Shown: positions 1-9,767 of the stretch, one piece after another
Layout: each line of letters opens with the position of its first letter
How positions within the stretch are numbered: the stretch's first letter is position 1
Origin: a virus
Lineage: Duplodnaviria > Heunggongvirae > Uroviricota > Caudoviricetes
Virus record (IMG/VR): IMGVR_UViG_2698536372_000019
Location: 1 to 41,997 of that record
Direction: 5' to 3' (one strand)
Length of the DNA stretch: 41,997 nt
Notes under the pieces: generated by a model
Told to the model about the DNA's origin: nothing
The model's database searches: none
Seen by the model: only the letters and a program-made list of their open reading frames with translations
Made by a program: the position numbers and the translations under genes

Positions 1-681
1 CGGTTGCTGTTCTTTTTGCCGGAAGTAGCTGTCTTCCAGTTTTTCAAAGAATGCCCATGCCTGATCGGTTTCGAGCATTTTAGCGTGGCGGGCTGCGCCG
101 CGTTCTGTCCAGAGGGTGAGTGAGCGAACATTGCGAGCAATTTTTACAGAGTAGTTTAAAGCTACTCTGTGCTTCAACTCGCGCAATGATTCTCCTTCAA
201 CTTTGAAAAAGTGCTTCCCTTCAACAAAGCGTACTTTGTTCTCATGATGATTTTGGCGAATACGGATTGTTTCTGTCCCATACCCTCTCGCAAGAGTCTC
301 GGTTGTCACTACACGCACTCCCTGCCATTCCAGAACGGGAATTTCATCAGACTGATTCTGAACAACCACCAGCTCCGATTCCTGAACTGAAGGTGCATGA
401 ATTTTTTCTAATTTAACGTTATTTGCTTTCATTCTGTGTGCCTCCTTGCGTGCTTCGGCTGCGACGGTTGCGTAATTCAGATGACCCTGTTCGAGCAGGT
501 ATTCGCGGATATCAGACAACAGGATACGGTGAACCGCGTTCTTGTCCTTTCTCCGGTAAAGTTGTTTGGTGATCATGAAGTAGTTGGCAATAACGCCAGG
601 TATATCCCTGGTGCTGATACAGATTGTGTGCTGTTCAATTGCCTCGATCATCTCTTCACGGGTGACTAATGACTTTCTCAT
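1..681 (-). CDS. ant: anti-repressor Ant, middle-domain variant M2, 5' part (3' end runs off the window start)
   Basis: ATG at 681-679 preceded by GGAGGG; translation MRKSLVTREEMIEAIEQHT...; shared 85-aa N-terminal domain, then ORF6N/Bro-N-like middle ...GYGTETIRIRQNHHENKVRFVEGKHFF, identical to the copy at 17462-18182. Confidence 0.7.
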   Translation of the reverse strand, partial: MRKSLVTREEMIEAIEQHTICISTRDIPGVIANYFMITKQLYRRKDKNAVHRILLSDIREYLLEQGHLNYATVAAEARKEAHRMKANNVKLEKIHAPSVQESELVVVQNQSDEIPVLEWQGVRVVTTETLARGYGTETIRIRQNHHENKVRFVEGKHFFKVEGESLRELKHRVALNYSVKIARNVRSLTLWTERGAARHAKMLETDQAWAFFEKLEDSYFRQKEQQP

Positions 682-899
682 AGTCCCTCCTGAGCAGAAG
701 CGTTAACAGGGAGGCACCAGTAACTGAGAGAATTGCGTGAATCAGTGGAAAAACGGGCAGAGAAAATACATGGGGCGTCAGGAAGCTGAGAGCGAGCCTC
801 ATCTTCTGTTGGTGCAATAACGAAGTGATAGTGACGTTTTTGGCAGGAGTAAAAGCGCCAGATAAATTCAGGATGAGTTGGGGTAGGGATAGTAGCCAT
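678..899 (-). CDS. icd: Icd-like 73-aa protein; stop overlaps the ant start (ATGA)
   Basis: 73-codon ORF MATIPTPTHPEFIWRFYSCQKRHYHF... with AGGAGG RBS; size and position match P1 icd as I recall it; the 187-aa six-frame ORF is an upstream over-extension. Confidence 0.5.
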   Translation of the reverse strand: MATIPTPTHPEFIWRFYSCQKRHYHFVIAPTEDEARSQLPDAPCIFSARFSTDSRNSLSYWCLPVNASAQEGL

Positions 900-959
900 A
901 TTGGCAGCCTCCTTAGACGTTGGTATGTAACCACCGCAGAAGAGACCAATCTTGCTGGC

Positions 960-1035
960 GGTGGACTGTACGGAGTTGGCCTTACTGGCGTCCAAGGTAA
1001 CCAGCCTACCCGAAGGTAGCCCCATACAGCCCACC
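960..1035 (-). ncRNA. c4: c4-like antisense RNA, allele T1 (76 nt, structured)
   Basis: closing stem GGUGGGCUGUAUGG / CCGUACAGUCCACC, internal CUACC-UUCG-GGUAG hairpin; segment CCUUGGACG complementary (one G-U) to CGUCUAAGG overlapping the icd RBS at 911-919. Confidence 0.45.
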
Positions 1036-1217
1036 ATTGTAGAGGTGTGCGTGTACGCCGATACAAAAAAAGACGCGAGCGGCGTCTGTATCGCCTTAGA
1101 CTTAAGCGGGAGGCCAATCCCGGCACCCGTTTTAATGAGGTGCCTGATAAGCATAAACCGAAAATGCCTCAAGGCGCAAGAGGTCAGGCTCAATGTAACA
1201 TCGGTAGTTAAAAAACA

Positions 1218-1234
1218 CAATTTATTAGAGCAAA
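1218..1234 (-). promoter_or_regulatory. C1 operator-like site (Op51-like), 15/17 to ATTGCTCTAATAAATTT
   Basis: plus strand reads CAATTTATTAGAGCAAA. Confidence 0.6.
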
Positions 1235-1281
1235 TATTCATTCATTAAGCCATGCCAGAGCTTCATCAACCTGCGCTTCGT

Positions 1282-1282
1282 N
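1282..1282. other. assembly junction J1 (single n)
   Basis: n separates a pacB 3'-end fragment from the KilAC region of the next ant copy; reading frame is lost across it. Confidence 0.9.
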
Positions 1283-2247
1283 GCGTTGATGTATTGCTGG
1301 AACGGCACATTTTTACGTCCACCGGACGCTATCAGGATGCCGTTCTCCCGTAACCAGGCAAACAACGCGTTTTGCTTAAGCCCAACAACCTTTGCAAAAT
1401 TTCCAATCAGGATCCCCTTGGCCACTGATACCCGGTCGGCAAAATCGACTTTAGGGGCGGCGGCCACCAGCTGCTGATTTAGCTGGTGGGCTTTCTGTTC
1501 CAGAAGTTGCTTTTGTTCAGCCAGTTCGGCAGCCAGGCGCAGAGCTTCGGGAAGCGTCTGGGGGATTGCGATCGGTTGCTGTTCTTTTTGTCGGAAGTAG
1601 CTGTCTTCCAGTTTTTCAAAGAATGCCCACGCTTCATTTGTGTCCACGATCTTAGACATGCGTGCCGCTCCGCGCTCGGCCCAGAGAATTACCTGACTTG
1701 TATATTTGCTAACCAAGTGACTAATAGTCACTAGCCTTTTAAATTCCTTTAATTTTGAACCAGTTAAGAGATAGTAATGCTTACCTTCTTCAAAGCGATC
1801 GGGGTTGCGAGACAAATTTTTACGAATATTCGCTTCATCGGTCCCATACCCTTTAGCAAGAGTCTCAGTTGTCACTACACGCACTCCCAGCCATTCCAGA
1901 ACGGGAATTTCATCAGACTGATTCTGAACAACCACCAGCTCCGATTCCTGAACTGAAGGTGCATGAATTTTCTCTGATTTAACGTTAGTTGCTTTCATTC
2001 TGTGTGCCTCCTTGCGTGCTTCGGCTGCGACGGTTGCGTAATTCAGATGACCCTGTTCGAGCAGGTATTCGCGGATATCAGACAACAGGATACGGTGAAC
2101 CGCGTTCTTGTCCTTTCTCCGGTAAAGTTGTTTGGTGATCATGAAGTAGTTGGCAATAACGCCAGGTATATCCCTGGTGCTGATACAGATTGTGTGCTGT
2201 TCAATTGCCTCGATCATCTCTTCACGGGTGACTAATGACTTTCTCAT
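1283..2247 (-). CDS. ant: anti-repressor Ant, variant M1a, 3'-truncated at J1
   Basis: ATG 2247-2245 with GGAGGG RBS; N-terminal domain, ORF6N-like middle ...GYGTDEANIRKNLSRNPDRFEEGKHYYLL..., KilAC-like C-terminal region cut at ...NVPFQQYIN. Confidence 0.75.
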
Positions 2248-2465
2248 AGTCCCTCCTGAGCAGAAGCGTTAACAGGGAGGCACCAGTAACTGAGAGAATT
2301 GCGTGAATCAGTGGAAAAACGGGCAGAGAAAATACATGGGGCGTCAGGAAGCTGAGAGCGAGCCTCATCTTCTGTTGGTGCAATAACGAAGTGATAGTGA
2401 CGTTTTTGGCAGGAGTAAAAGCGCCAGATAAATTCAGGATGAGTTGGGGTAGGGATAGTAGCCAT
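2244..2465 (-). CDS. icd: Icd-like 73-aa protein (copy adjacent to pacB)
   Basis: identical to 678-899. Confidence 0.5.
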   Translation of the reverse strand: MATIPTPTHPEFIWRFYSCQKRHYHFVIAPTEDEARSQLPDAPCIFSARFSTDSRNSLSYWCLPVNASAQEGL

Positions 2466-2525
2466 ATTGGCAGCCTCCTTAGACGTTGGTATGTAACCAC
2501 CGCAGAAGAGACCAATCTTGCTGGC

Positions 2526-2601
2526 GGTGGACTGTACGGAGTTGGCCTTACTGGCGTCCAAGGTAACCAGCCTACCCGAAGGTAGCCCCATACAGCCCAC
2601 C
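2526..2601 (-). ncRNA. c4: c4-like antisense RNA, allele T1 (copy adjacent to pacB)
   Basis: identical to 960-1035. Confidence 0.45.
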
Positions 2602-2629
2602 ATTGTAGAGGTGTGCGTGTACGCCGATA

Positions 2630-2652
2630 CAAAAAAAGACGCGAGCGGCGTC
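2630..2652 (-). terminator. hairpin GACGCCGCUCGCGUC followed by U7 on the minus strand, between pacB and c4
   Basis: read on minus strand; a second copy sits at 1064-1086; candidate -10 TACAAT lies just downstream of it on the minus strand. Confidence 0.4.
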
Positions 2653-2783
2653 TGTATCGCCTTAGACTTAAGCGGGAGGCCAATCCCGGCACCCGTTTTA
2701 ATGAGGTGCCTGATAAGCATAAACCGAAAATGCCTCAAGGCGCAAGAGGTCAGGCTCAATGTAACATCGGTAGTTAAAAAACA

Positions 2784-2800
2784 CAATTTATTAGAGCAAA
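2784..2800 (-). promoter_or_regulatory. C1 operator-like site immediately after the pacB stop
   Basis: CAATTTATTAGAGCAAA, 15/17 to consensus. Confidence 0.6.
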
Positions 2801-2803
2801 TAT

Positions 2804-4288
2804 TCATTCATTAAGCCATGCCAGAGCTTCATCAACCTGCGCTTCGTCTTCGACGCTAAGCACTTCATCTTGGGGAACATAGTTCGCCAACATAGCGAAA
2901 CAATATGTATCCCAATGGTCCGGTGAGTGCAGGTTGAGTTTTTTCTTCATATCTTCCTTTGACATCACCTTCCATTGACCTGCGGAATTTATCCCTACCG
3001 GTATCTTTGATGCTTCCTCTATAGTCGCAGCCCCCTTATCAAGCCGCATACGCCCTGATTTTACAGCTTCTGCCGCCTGAATATTCGCGAAAGCGCGCAT
3101 ATCGAAATAAAGGCTTTTATCTTCACGGCTGTGCATCTTTTTACCCCAGCGGATACGCTGGACGGTAATACCATAGCGTTCGTACATCAGATCAGCCGTC
3201 GATTTCCCCAAGCCATCGCCATCAATAGCTATGGTTATGTTCGGGAACCGTTCTGGGTTACATTCTGCGAAAATCTTGGCGGCTAACTGCGTTTCTGTAA
3301 CGTCTGTGTATTCCAGCATACGATAGTTGATTACACGGCGTTTATTTCGCTGGCCGGACACCATCATGATATTAATAACGGACTTATCTCGTCCTGTGCC
3401 ACCAGCAACGTCAACACATGCAACCCAGCCCCATCCTTTGGCAATCTTGACCTTTCGCCGCGTCGCCCGCTCAACCTCATCACGACCAAGAAGAAAGCCA
3501 TCTTGAGATTTGGGAAATTCACCACGTACTTTGATCATGTACATGGGGTTATCACGACCGCCATACTCCGCAAGTTTTGCTCGTATAAATTTTGCATCTA
3601 CAAGCGGAGATTCTTCACTATTCAGTATTATCGCAGTAAACAATCCATCAGGATTTCCCGGGCGAATAGCTAGTCTGTGGTGTGAATCGTAGAAATAGCC
3701 TGAAGGTCGCGTAGGCTGGGAAAGAAGCAGAATACGGTTATCCTTACCGGTCAGCGCACCTGTTATCACACTGAATGCTTTATCACTCACACCCGACGCT
3801 TCGTCGATGATATACAAGAGATGATCGGCGTGTTCACCAGCCAACGCCTCCTCATTTCCGGGGCGACAGGACTTTATCAATATTGTCCAAACACCCTTGC
3901 CAGTCACCTCAAAAAAAGACGTTTCTGTAAGAATGAAATACTTCGACAACCACGGGAATCTGCTAACAGCAGTAGCCCAATTGCTCTTTATGTATTTGAA
4001 AATACCATCAAGGACTTGCTGTCTTTTGTTAGCGACCAGAATAACGCGAGCGCCGGGGAAAAACATGATGAAGAGTATTGCAATGATACTCGTCATATCC
4101 GACTTACCAGTACCATGGCCGGAGGTCACACTTGTCCAACTGCCGTCCTGCTGCGTGGACTCAATGATCTCATCCTGCTGCCAGGTTGGTGTCTTCCCAA
4201 ACAACACATCAGCGGCCGCAATCCAGTCATAACGATATAGCGCCACCAGCTCGCGCCAACGTGGGTCCGTTACGCAACTTCTGGCCAT
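2804..4288 (-). CDS. pacB: terminase large subunit PacB (494 aa)
   Basis: Walker [10 protein letters not shown]; length and position after pacA as in P1. Confidence 0.9.
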
Positions 4289-5481
4289 TAATCATCATCC
4301 CCGTACAGTTTGCGGGTAACTTCTTCGTCTTCCTCCTCGTTTTCGTCCAGATCCTGTTCAAGCCATGCTTCGTTTGATATGCCTTCCGCATCGACATCAC
4401 CATAACCACCTGTATCGACGATATCGGCAATTTCTTCTCTACGATGCTCAATCCACAATGCGGCATCAGCGCGGCGGCTGGCGGCCCGTTCTCGCGCAAC
4501 TTTGTCCAGATCTTCAAGAGAAGGGCCACCGACGGCTGTTTGCCTTTCCTCATCATCGGTATTGGTCTTAGGAGCACGCAGATCGGCTTTGATTTGCTCC
4601 AGCATCAGGGGCGGAACTTTCCCACCATGCGCCTCGATGAATTCAGCTGCTTCCAGCACTGACCAGTTATTTTCACGCTTTCGTTCGTATGCCAGCTTAA
4701 CAATGCCAGCTTGCCCCATAGATAAAGCGTGCTTTTCCGCCTCCCGGCTTTCTTTTCGATAGTTATTCCGGATGCTGTAAATGGTGTTGATCAGACTGCT
4801 TATCTGCGCGGAACAGCTGTTTAGCATGCTCGCGATACGGTATTCAGGCGGAGTACCTTCATCATCGTCTTTTTGCTGATCGCGCATTTCCTGCACCAGG
4901 CGAATACACGTATCCCTGGCGTTCTCCAGCATAAGGAGATGAGAAAGAGACTTTTCAAGAAGAGTGGTTTCCAGAACATCGGCCCCGGACCGACGCAACA
5001 TAGCGCGCGCGGCCTTCCGCGCTTCAACGTTATCTATCAGGTAATCGCCAGCTTCGAATTCAAAGCGTTCACCATCATCATCCAGGGTGTCGCGTTCCAG
5101 GCGATCACGTAAGGTCCGGTGGGCGCGGGTGATCACGTCATGATCATCAGAACGATCATTTATGCGCTTATTTTGGCGCTTCGCATTCTCGACTGCGGCA
5201 CTGACAACGGCATTAACCCTTTGTTTTTCCGTTATTTCAGCCGCAATGTGATCACCTGCATGTTGATCATTAGAGTGATCAATGATCATGCTTTTTAGTG
5301 GCTTCCTGACTGGCTTATTTGGCTTGCGGCTGTCCGCTGTCCTGGTGTCTTCTTTGAAGGCACGGAGATAACGACGTGCAGTATTAGGGTTAAGATTAAA
5401 CTCGGCGGCATACTGTGCGATGGTGTAACCACCATCTCGCGCCAGGCGAGCAAAATTCTTCTTGTGATCGTCCCAGGTCAC
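4288..5481 (-). CDS. pacA: terminase small subunit PacA (397 aa), contains the pac site
   Basis: [39 protein letters not shown]...; acidic C-terminus; hexamer clusters inside the gene. Confidence 0.9.
5102..5288. other. pac: P1-type pac site: two clusters of four TGATCA/TGATCG hexamers, each containing GATC
   Basis: hexamers at 5102, 5130, 5141, 5153 and 5249, 5264, 5276, 5283, separated by about 90 bp. Confidence 0.85.
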
Positions 5482-5516
5482 TTATGCTTCCTTTCGTAAA
5501 AACTCTTTTTGACGCG

Positions 5517-5536
5517 AGGGTAACGAAAGTCACATG
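5517..5536 (-). promoter_or_regulatory. late-promoter-like element upstream of pacA (CATGTGACT, 5 nt, TACCCT)
   Basis: same motif and spacing as the three CAAGTGACT sites on the plus strand. Confidence 0.45.
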
Positions 5537-5566
5537 TCAAAAGGCCCGGAACGGGCAAGCAATCAA

Positions 5567-6019
5567 TCAGATACGTGCGGATGTGGCATTACCGTAATGA
5601 CGGTGCTGACGGGCCACCTTATTGAAAAGTTGACGCGCCATTACCCAAGGCTGGTGCTCCCGGCGTTCCTTTTCGTCCTGCGTCATATAGAGTTCGTTCT
5701 GGAGTTTTTCATCAAACCGGCGCGGAGCGCGGCTACGGCGAAAGAATTCAGGATTCAGAGAGTGGATCTGAAATCTACGTGGGCGTGTACTGTCATCAAT
5801 CAAAACAGACGAATACTTAGACACAGCGATAGCCTTTAAGCGCAGATAAACATCGCGCTTATCGACATCCAGATGCGGGTATTCCTTTTCAAGAATTGCT
5901 GCGAGTTCTTTCGCTGATAGAAGAGATTTAGTGCGGATCATGTAATCCGCAATCTCGTACGATGTTATTCGTGAGTGATTTATTTCCATGAAGTGGCGTC
6001 CCTGCCAGTTAAGTAACAT
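5567..6019 (-). CDS. lpa: late promoter activator Lpa (gp10-like, about 150 aa)
   Basis: position directly upstream of pacA and size as in P1; exact start not verified. Confidence 0.7.
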   Translation of the reverse strand: MLLNWQGRHFMEINHSRITSYEIADYMIRTKSLLSAKELAAILEKEYPHLDVDKRDVYLRLKAIAVSKYSSVLIDDSTRPRRFQIHSLNPEFFRRSRAPRRFDEKLQNELYMTQDEKERREHQPWVMARQLFNKVARQHRHYGNATSARI

Positions 6020-6089
6020 CCTGTCACCTACTGATTAGCCCATGTCAACTAATCAACGTGGAATATAATACCCTCGATTAAAGAAATAG

Positions 6090-6106
6090 CAATACATTAG
6101 AGCAAT
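6090..6106 (-). promoter_or_regulatory. C1 operator-like site upstream of lpa (14/17)
   Basis: CAATACATTAGAGCAAT on plus strand. Confidence 0.45.
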
Positions 6107-6107
6107 T

Positions 6108-7151
6108 TTATCTAACACTCGACGAGTGACTTGTGATAGCGCCGACTCCAAGCGCGTAATCAAAGAACAATCGTTGATGCATCGCCAGCCTACCGTGCGT
6201 CTTCTCCCAATTATCGCGGTCACGCTCAATATCACGCTGGCATGACTGGCACAGAGGAATTGCGTAAATGTCATGCGCGCATAATCGACTATGACGAACG
6301 ATATAAGGCGTAATGTGAGCGCCAGCTCCCGCCGCTCCACACCCACAGCATGGACGGGAAGCAACAAAGTCCATGTACTCAGGTAATTTTAGCGATTGCA
6401 GTTTTGGTATTTTGAAATGCGCCATGCCAGGGTCGGAGTCAACATCCACAGGGCATACTTTTGCACGCATCGGCGCGGCGCGTTCTTCCATCATCTGAAC
6501 ATATGCTGTAGCGCGATCGTCATACGGGCGAATATCCGCCTCTTTCAGAGGTCCGCTATCCTGCGTTGCGGCTTTCATCTTATTTATTGATATACGGCAA
6601 ACTTCTTCCGGCATCAGGTGCATCATGTTGCGCATGAAAGCCCACCAGCACAGTTCCTGAATACTTAAATCATGGCCATCTGAAAGCCCCATTTCCTGAC
6701 GGGCGACATCCAGTATCCAGTTAACGCGATTATTATGCAGCGTTTCTTTCAGCTCATTAAAACCACGCATCCGGTAATGGTTATCGTGATGCCAGCACAA
6801 CAACACCGCGCTATTGTCTCGTTCAGCGTGGACAATATGGTTGTCACACCAGCTACGATCTGCGGCCTGGCATTGCCCCTCTTTCCTGCGCAACCACGCC
6901 ACCAGCGCGTCAATTCCACCAATACGGCGAAACAGTTCATCGCTGTTAAAAAACGGCTGCAACGCCTCATTTGTTGCCATGGTTTGCTCGGTAACAACGA
7001 GGCCGTCTTCCATGTGCTCGATTAACTCACGCGGCACCGGCTCCATAATAAATTTACGGCCAGCCTCCACCAGCTTTCTGACCTCCTGATCCACTTTGAA
7101 CGTGGCGAGGCCAAGCTCTTTCTGTACAAAGGGAGTAATTACGGCTTTCAC
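6108..7151 (-). CDS. hypothetical 347-aa protein with C-terminal Cys/His-rich motif (P1 pdcB position)
   Basis: long ORF; CCGCG...H...C..C..C motif near C-terminus. Confidence 0.55.
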   Translation of the reverse strand: MKAVITPFVQKELGLATFKVDQEVRKLVEAGRKFIMEPVPRELIEHMEDGLVVTEQTMATNEALQPFFNSDELFRRIGGIDALVAWLRRKEGQCQAADRSWCDNHIVHAERDNSAVLLCWHHDNHYRMRGFNELKETLHNNRVNWILDVARQEMGLSDGHDLSIQELCWWAFMRNMMHLMPEEVCRISINKMKAATQDSGPLKEADIRPYDDRATAYVQMMEERAAPMRAKVCPVDVDSDPGMAHFKIPKLQSLKLPEYMDFVASRPCCGCGAAGAGAHITPYIVRHSRLCAHDIYAIPLCQSCQRDIERDRDNWEKTHGRLAMHQRLFFDYALGVGAITSHSSSVR

Positions 7152-7178
7152 ATCACACCTTTAATCACTGATTGGGCT

Positions 7179-7379
7179 TTATCTGCTGCCCGGCATTCTC
7201 TGTTTAAGCACTACCATTTCCTGACGGCATAACACAGCAATAGCGGTCCTGGCACCAATTTGCTTACCAACCAGGTATTGCTTTACCTCGCGGCGACTCA
7301 CGCCATCAAGAAGCATCTTTAACGCTTCACGGGACAATTTGTTGTATTTGCGTGCCATTAATCTACTCCGCAGAACCAT
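7179..7379 (-). CDS. small basic protein, possible HTH (P1 pdcA position)
   Basis: 59-66 aa ORF immediately downstream of doc. Confidence 0.4.
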   Translation of the reverse strand: MVLRSRLMARKYNKLSREALKMLLDGVSRREVKQYLVGKQIGARTAIAVLCRQEMVVLKQRMPGSR

Positions 7380-7743
7380 ACAATCTACGTAACGTGTCGG
7401 CGACAGAAGATACAGATATCTCTCCGGTCGCAGCCCCTACGGTAAGGTCTGCCAGTTCAGGTGAATCAAATACCTGCACCCCGTTACGGCGTAGAAATAA
7501 CAGCGCACTGTTTAGCGCGGTACGCTTATTGGCATCATTGAATATATGCCCTCTCGCTGTAGCCACCAGGTAGGTGGCGGAGACTTCGAAAAGGTCGGTG
7601 ATCTCTTCGTAGGCAACTCTGGCCTGAACTCTCCCGATAATGGCCTCTGCCCTACCCGGATCTGACATTCCCGGCAGGCCGCCGTAGCGGTTTATATTCG
7701 CATCATGAAGCGCAATAAGTTCTTCCGGTGATATATGCCTCAT
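7363..7743 (-). CDS. doc: Doc toxin (Fic-fold kinase), 126 aa
   Basis: [17 protein letters not shown]...[10 protein letters not shown]... matches P1 Doc as I recall it, including the Doc-type Fic motif. Confidence 0.95.
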   Translation of the reverse strand: MRHISPEELIALHDANINRYGGLPGMSDPGRAEAIIGRVQARVAYEEITDLFEVSATYLVATARGHIFNDANKRTALNSALLFLRRNGVQVFDSPELADLTVGAATGEISVSSVADTLRRLYGSAE

Positions 7744-7964
7744 TATCGGTTAACCAGTTCCTTGTTGGTGGAGTCCAGGGTGTCAAACAGGGATGCAAAT
7801 TCAGCATCCAGCGCCGCTTTTTTGTAGGCTTCGAAAGTAGCCTTGCTGACAATTACTGCTGGCTCACGGCCTCTGCGGGTGATTTCAACCTCTTCCCCGG
7901 CTTCAACATTGTTGAGCACTTCAGAAAGGTTGCCACGCGCGGTACGGAAGTTAATGGATTGCAT
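7743..7964 (-). CDS. phd: Phd antitoxin, 73 aa; stop overlaps the doc start
   Basis: [73 protein letters not shown]. Confidence 0.95.
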   Translation of the reverse strand: MQSINFRTARGNLSEVLNNVEAGEEVEITRRGREPAVIVSKATFEAYKKAALDAEFASLFDTLDSTNKELVNR

Positions 7965-8036
7965 AAACACCTCGTGTACTCGTTATGTGTACACAATTAT
8001 AAACTTCACAGGCATAAAGCACCAGCACTTTGCAGC

Positions 8037-8426
8037 TTAAATCACCGGACAATCATCAAATTCCCCACTTCGGGCATCATTGATGACATGAGTGATCACA
8101 CCAAAAACAGCATTACTACCCGTGTAACCATCGTCATCTACTGGTAACGCCTCTTTCTTCCCGGTGCTTAAATCCTCCAGGTGCTGGCGCGGATACTTCC
8201 TGTATCTCTTTATGCGATATTCACCCTCCATAGCGCACACAAGCAGAGAACCATCAACCGGAGTAAGCGAGGAATCAACCACCAGCAAAGCACCCTGCAA
8301 TATTCCCTCACGGTGATGGCTATCAGCTGCCCGCATGAAGTAGGTTGCTGATGGATGTCTAATTATCTGCTGATCAAGAGAAATTCGGCTTTCAACATAA
8401 TCCGCCGCAGGAGAAGGGAAACCCAT
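8037..8426 (-). CDS. humD: HumD, UmuD'-like SOS mutagenesis protein (129 aa)
   Basis: S24 LexA/UmuD-like C-terminal domain; LexA box about 20 bp upstream. Confidence 0.8.
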   Translation of the reverse strand: MGFPSPAADYVESRISLDQQIIRHPSATYFMRAADSHHREGILQGALLVVDSSLTPVDGSLLVCAMEGEYRIKRYRKYPRQHLEDLSTGKKEALPVDDDGYTGSNAVFGVITHVINDARSGEFDDCPVI

Positions 8427-8446
8427 AGCGTTTTACCTCAAAAATA

Positions 8447-8462
8447 CTGTTTATCTGTACAG
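8447..8462. promoter_or_regulatory. LexA box CTGTTTATCTGTACAG (perfect CTGT-N8-ACAG)
   Basis: read directly; sits between divergent humD and the 8601 ORF. Confidence 0.8.
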
Positions 8463-8600
8463 TATACATTAAAGAAGCACCTTTGGTGCAAACGCGTTAT
8501 GTACATCAACCACCGCTGATGATTTTTGTGCGCTTTGCTACTATTCATCACCGCGGGATCAGCGTAACCTCGTTGCCAATCAGTTAATAAGGAATTAGCT

Positions 8601-8936
8601 ATGCCTAATCGCATTCCTCTCGATCCTGTATTGCCCAAAAATTTTGACTGCACTCCTAACGAGAAACGCTCTAAAGCTCAGCTGGACGCCTGGTGGGACC
8701 ATCCCTATGGGGTTACAGAACATGACGGGAAAATTGTTGTTTATTGTCTGAATGGTGGCGCGTGGGACCGTCCATCCGTGCTTGGTTTGGCAAATAACTA
8801 TGATGAAGCCTGTGAACTTGCCGAAAGACAGCAGGCAAGCTGGGTAAAAACACGGTCTGAACCGACATTCATGTTTTCAAAAGAACCGCCATTTATACTG
8901 GCGAGGATGCCGCAGCGACCGGATCATCAACAATAA
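8601..8936 (+). CDS. hypothetical 111-aa protein divergent from humD (possibly LexA-regulated)
   Basis: RBS TAAGGAA before ATG. Confidence 0.55.
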   Translation: MPNRIPLDPVLPKNFDCTPNEKRSKAQLDAWWDHPYGVTEHDGKIVVYCLNGGAWDRPSVLGLANNYDEACELAERQQASWVKTRSEPTFMFSKEPPFILARMPQRPDHQQ

Positions 8937-8966
8937 ATTGTTGCTGAATTTTCCTCAAGGGATGAG

Positions 8967-9182
8967 ATGAATCTCTTCTCATTAAAGCAGGAAGAAAGGG
9001 ATCGCGTCGAAGTGTCTCCAACTCTCGACCACAACCGGATGAACCTGGCCCAACTCGCCTGGTACAGCAAAGAATTAGAGATGTCTATTGCCCGACTTGA
9101 AAACGAAAAAGCCGCTATCCAAGCCCAGCATGAAGTAGTTCTGAACCGGATTAGAGAAATGCAAAACGATAATAGAGGCTAA
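8967..9182 (+). CDS. hypothetical 71-aa coiled-coil protein
   Basis: RBS AAGGGA; no similarity to theta/HolE that I can see. Confidence 0.4.
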   Translation: MNLFSLKQEERDRVEVSPTLDHNRMNLAQLAWYSKELEMSIARLENEKAAIQAQHEVVLNRIREMQNDNRG

Positions 9183-9242
9183 ATCGAGGTAGAAAACACA
9201 TTGTTTAAGGCCACTAATTGTGGCCTCAAAGGGGAGAGATGC

Positions 9243-9767
9243 TTATTGGCTATGGCTAAAAATCAAATGAGACACTTCATGTGGTTGTAGCTCGTCAAGA
9301 TCCGGGGCCACAAAACCTTTTCCGAAAGACTTCACAAGTAATTCACCAGCCGCATCATTGTCACCTATTACACGAAAGTCATACGGCAGCATCGCAAGTT
9401 GACGGCGTAATCCTGCGGAGAAAGTCGAACCTAACAGCGCCCACGAATTGCCGCCCGCGTTGTGTACAGCTGCGCTCTTAAAAATAGACTCAGTTATCCA
9501 TATTGGGCCATCTTTTAAAGGAAGATAGGTTCCCCAAAGTAACTGTCTGCCATGTGATCGCGTGAAATACCGGGCCATCTTCGGATTGCTATGCTGCTTA
9601 GGAGCACCTGGTCTATATGTCTGATACCCAGCCAACATCCCATCAAACCTGTATAGAGGGAATGTAACTACTCCTTCACTTTCATCGATCCACTGTCTAT
9701 ATGGGTGTATATCATGGCGGTAGTTACGAGTTAGCAAATGAGCTTCCAGCTTTCCAAATTTTGTCAT
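9243..9767 (-). CDS. Toprim-like protein (174 aa)
   Basis: ITESIF and VIGDNDAAGE (DxD) motifs; ATG overlaps the stop of the upstream gene (ATGA). Confidence 0.45.
   Translation of the reverse strand: MTKFGKLEAHLLTRNYRHDIHPYRQWIDESEGVVTFPLYRFDGMLAGYQTYRPGAPKQHSNPKMARYFTRSHGRQLLWGTYLPLKDGPIWITESIFKSAAVHNAGGNSWALLGSTFSAGLRRQLAMLPYDFRVIGDNDAAGELLVKSFGKGFVAPDLDELQPHEVSHLIFSHSQ

Larger units (their letters stand above)
669..1281. repeat. duplicate of 2235-2847 (ant start, icd, c4, operator, last 13 codons of pacB)
   Basis: near-identical sequence at constant offset 1566; the block ends at the single n at 1282. Confidence 0.85.

Noticed and set aside
436-669. 77-aa plus-strand ORF (also at 2002, 11337, 18982)
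   Set aside because: Antisense to the conserved N-terminal coding region of ant; present only because the ant sequence is repeated.
678-1241. 187-aa minus-strand ORF
   Set aside because: Only the last 73 codons (icd-like) have an RBS; the upstream part runs through the structured c4 region and terminator.
1714-1733. CAAGTGACT and palindrome AGTGACTAATAGTCACT resembling the late-promoter motif
   Set aside because: Lies inside the ant M1 coding region with no TANNNT hexamer at the 5-nt spacing.
8967-9182. Possible theta-like Hot protein
   Set aside because: No recognisable similarity to E. coli HolE from memory; left as hypothetical.
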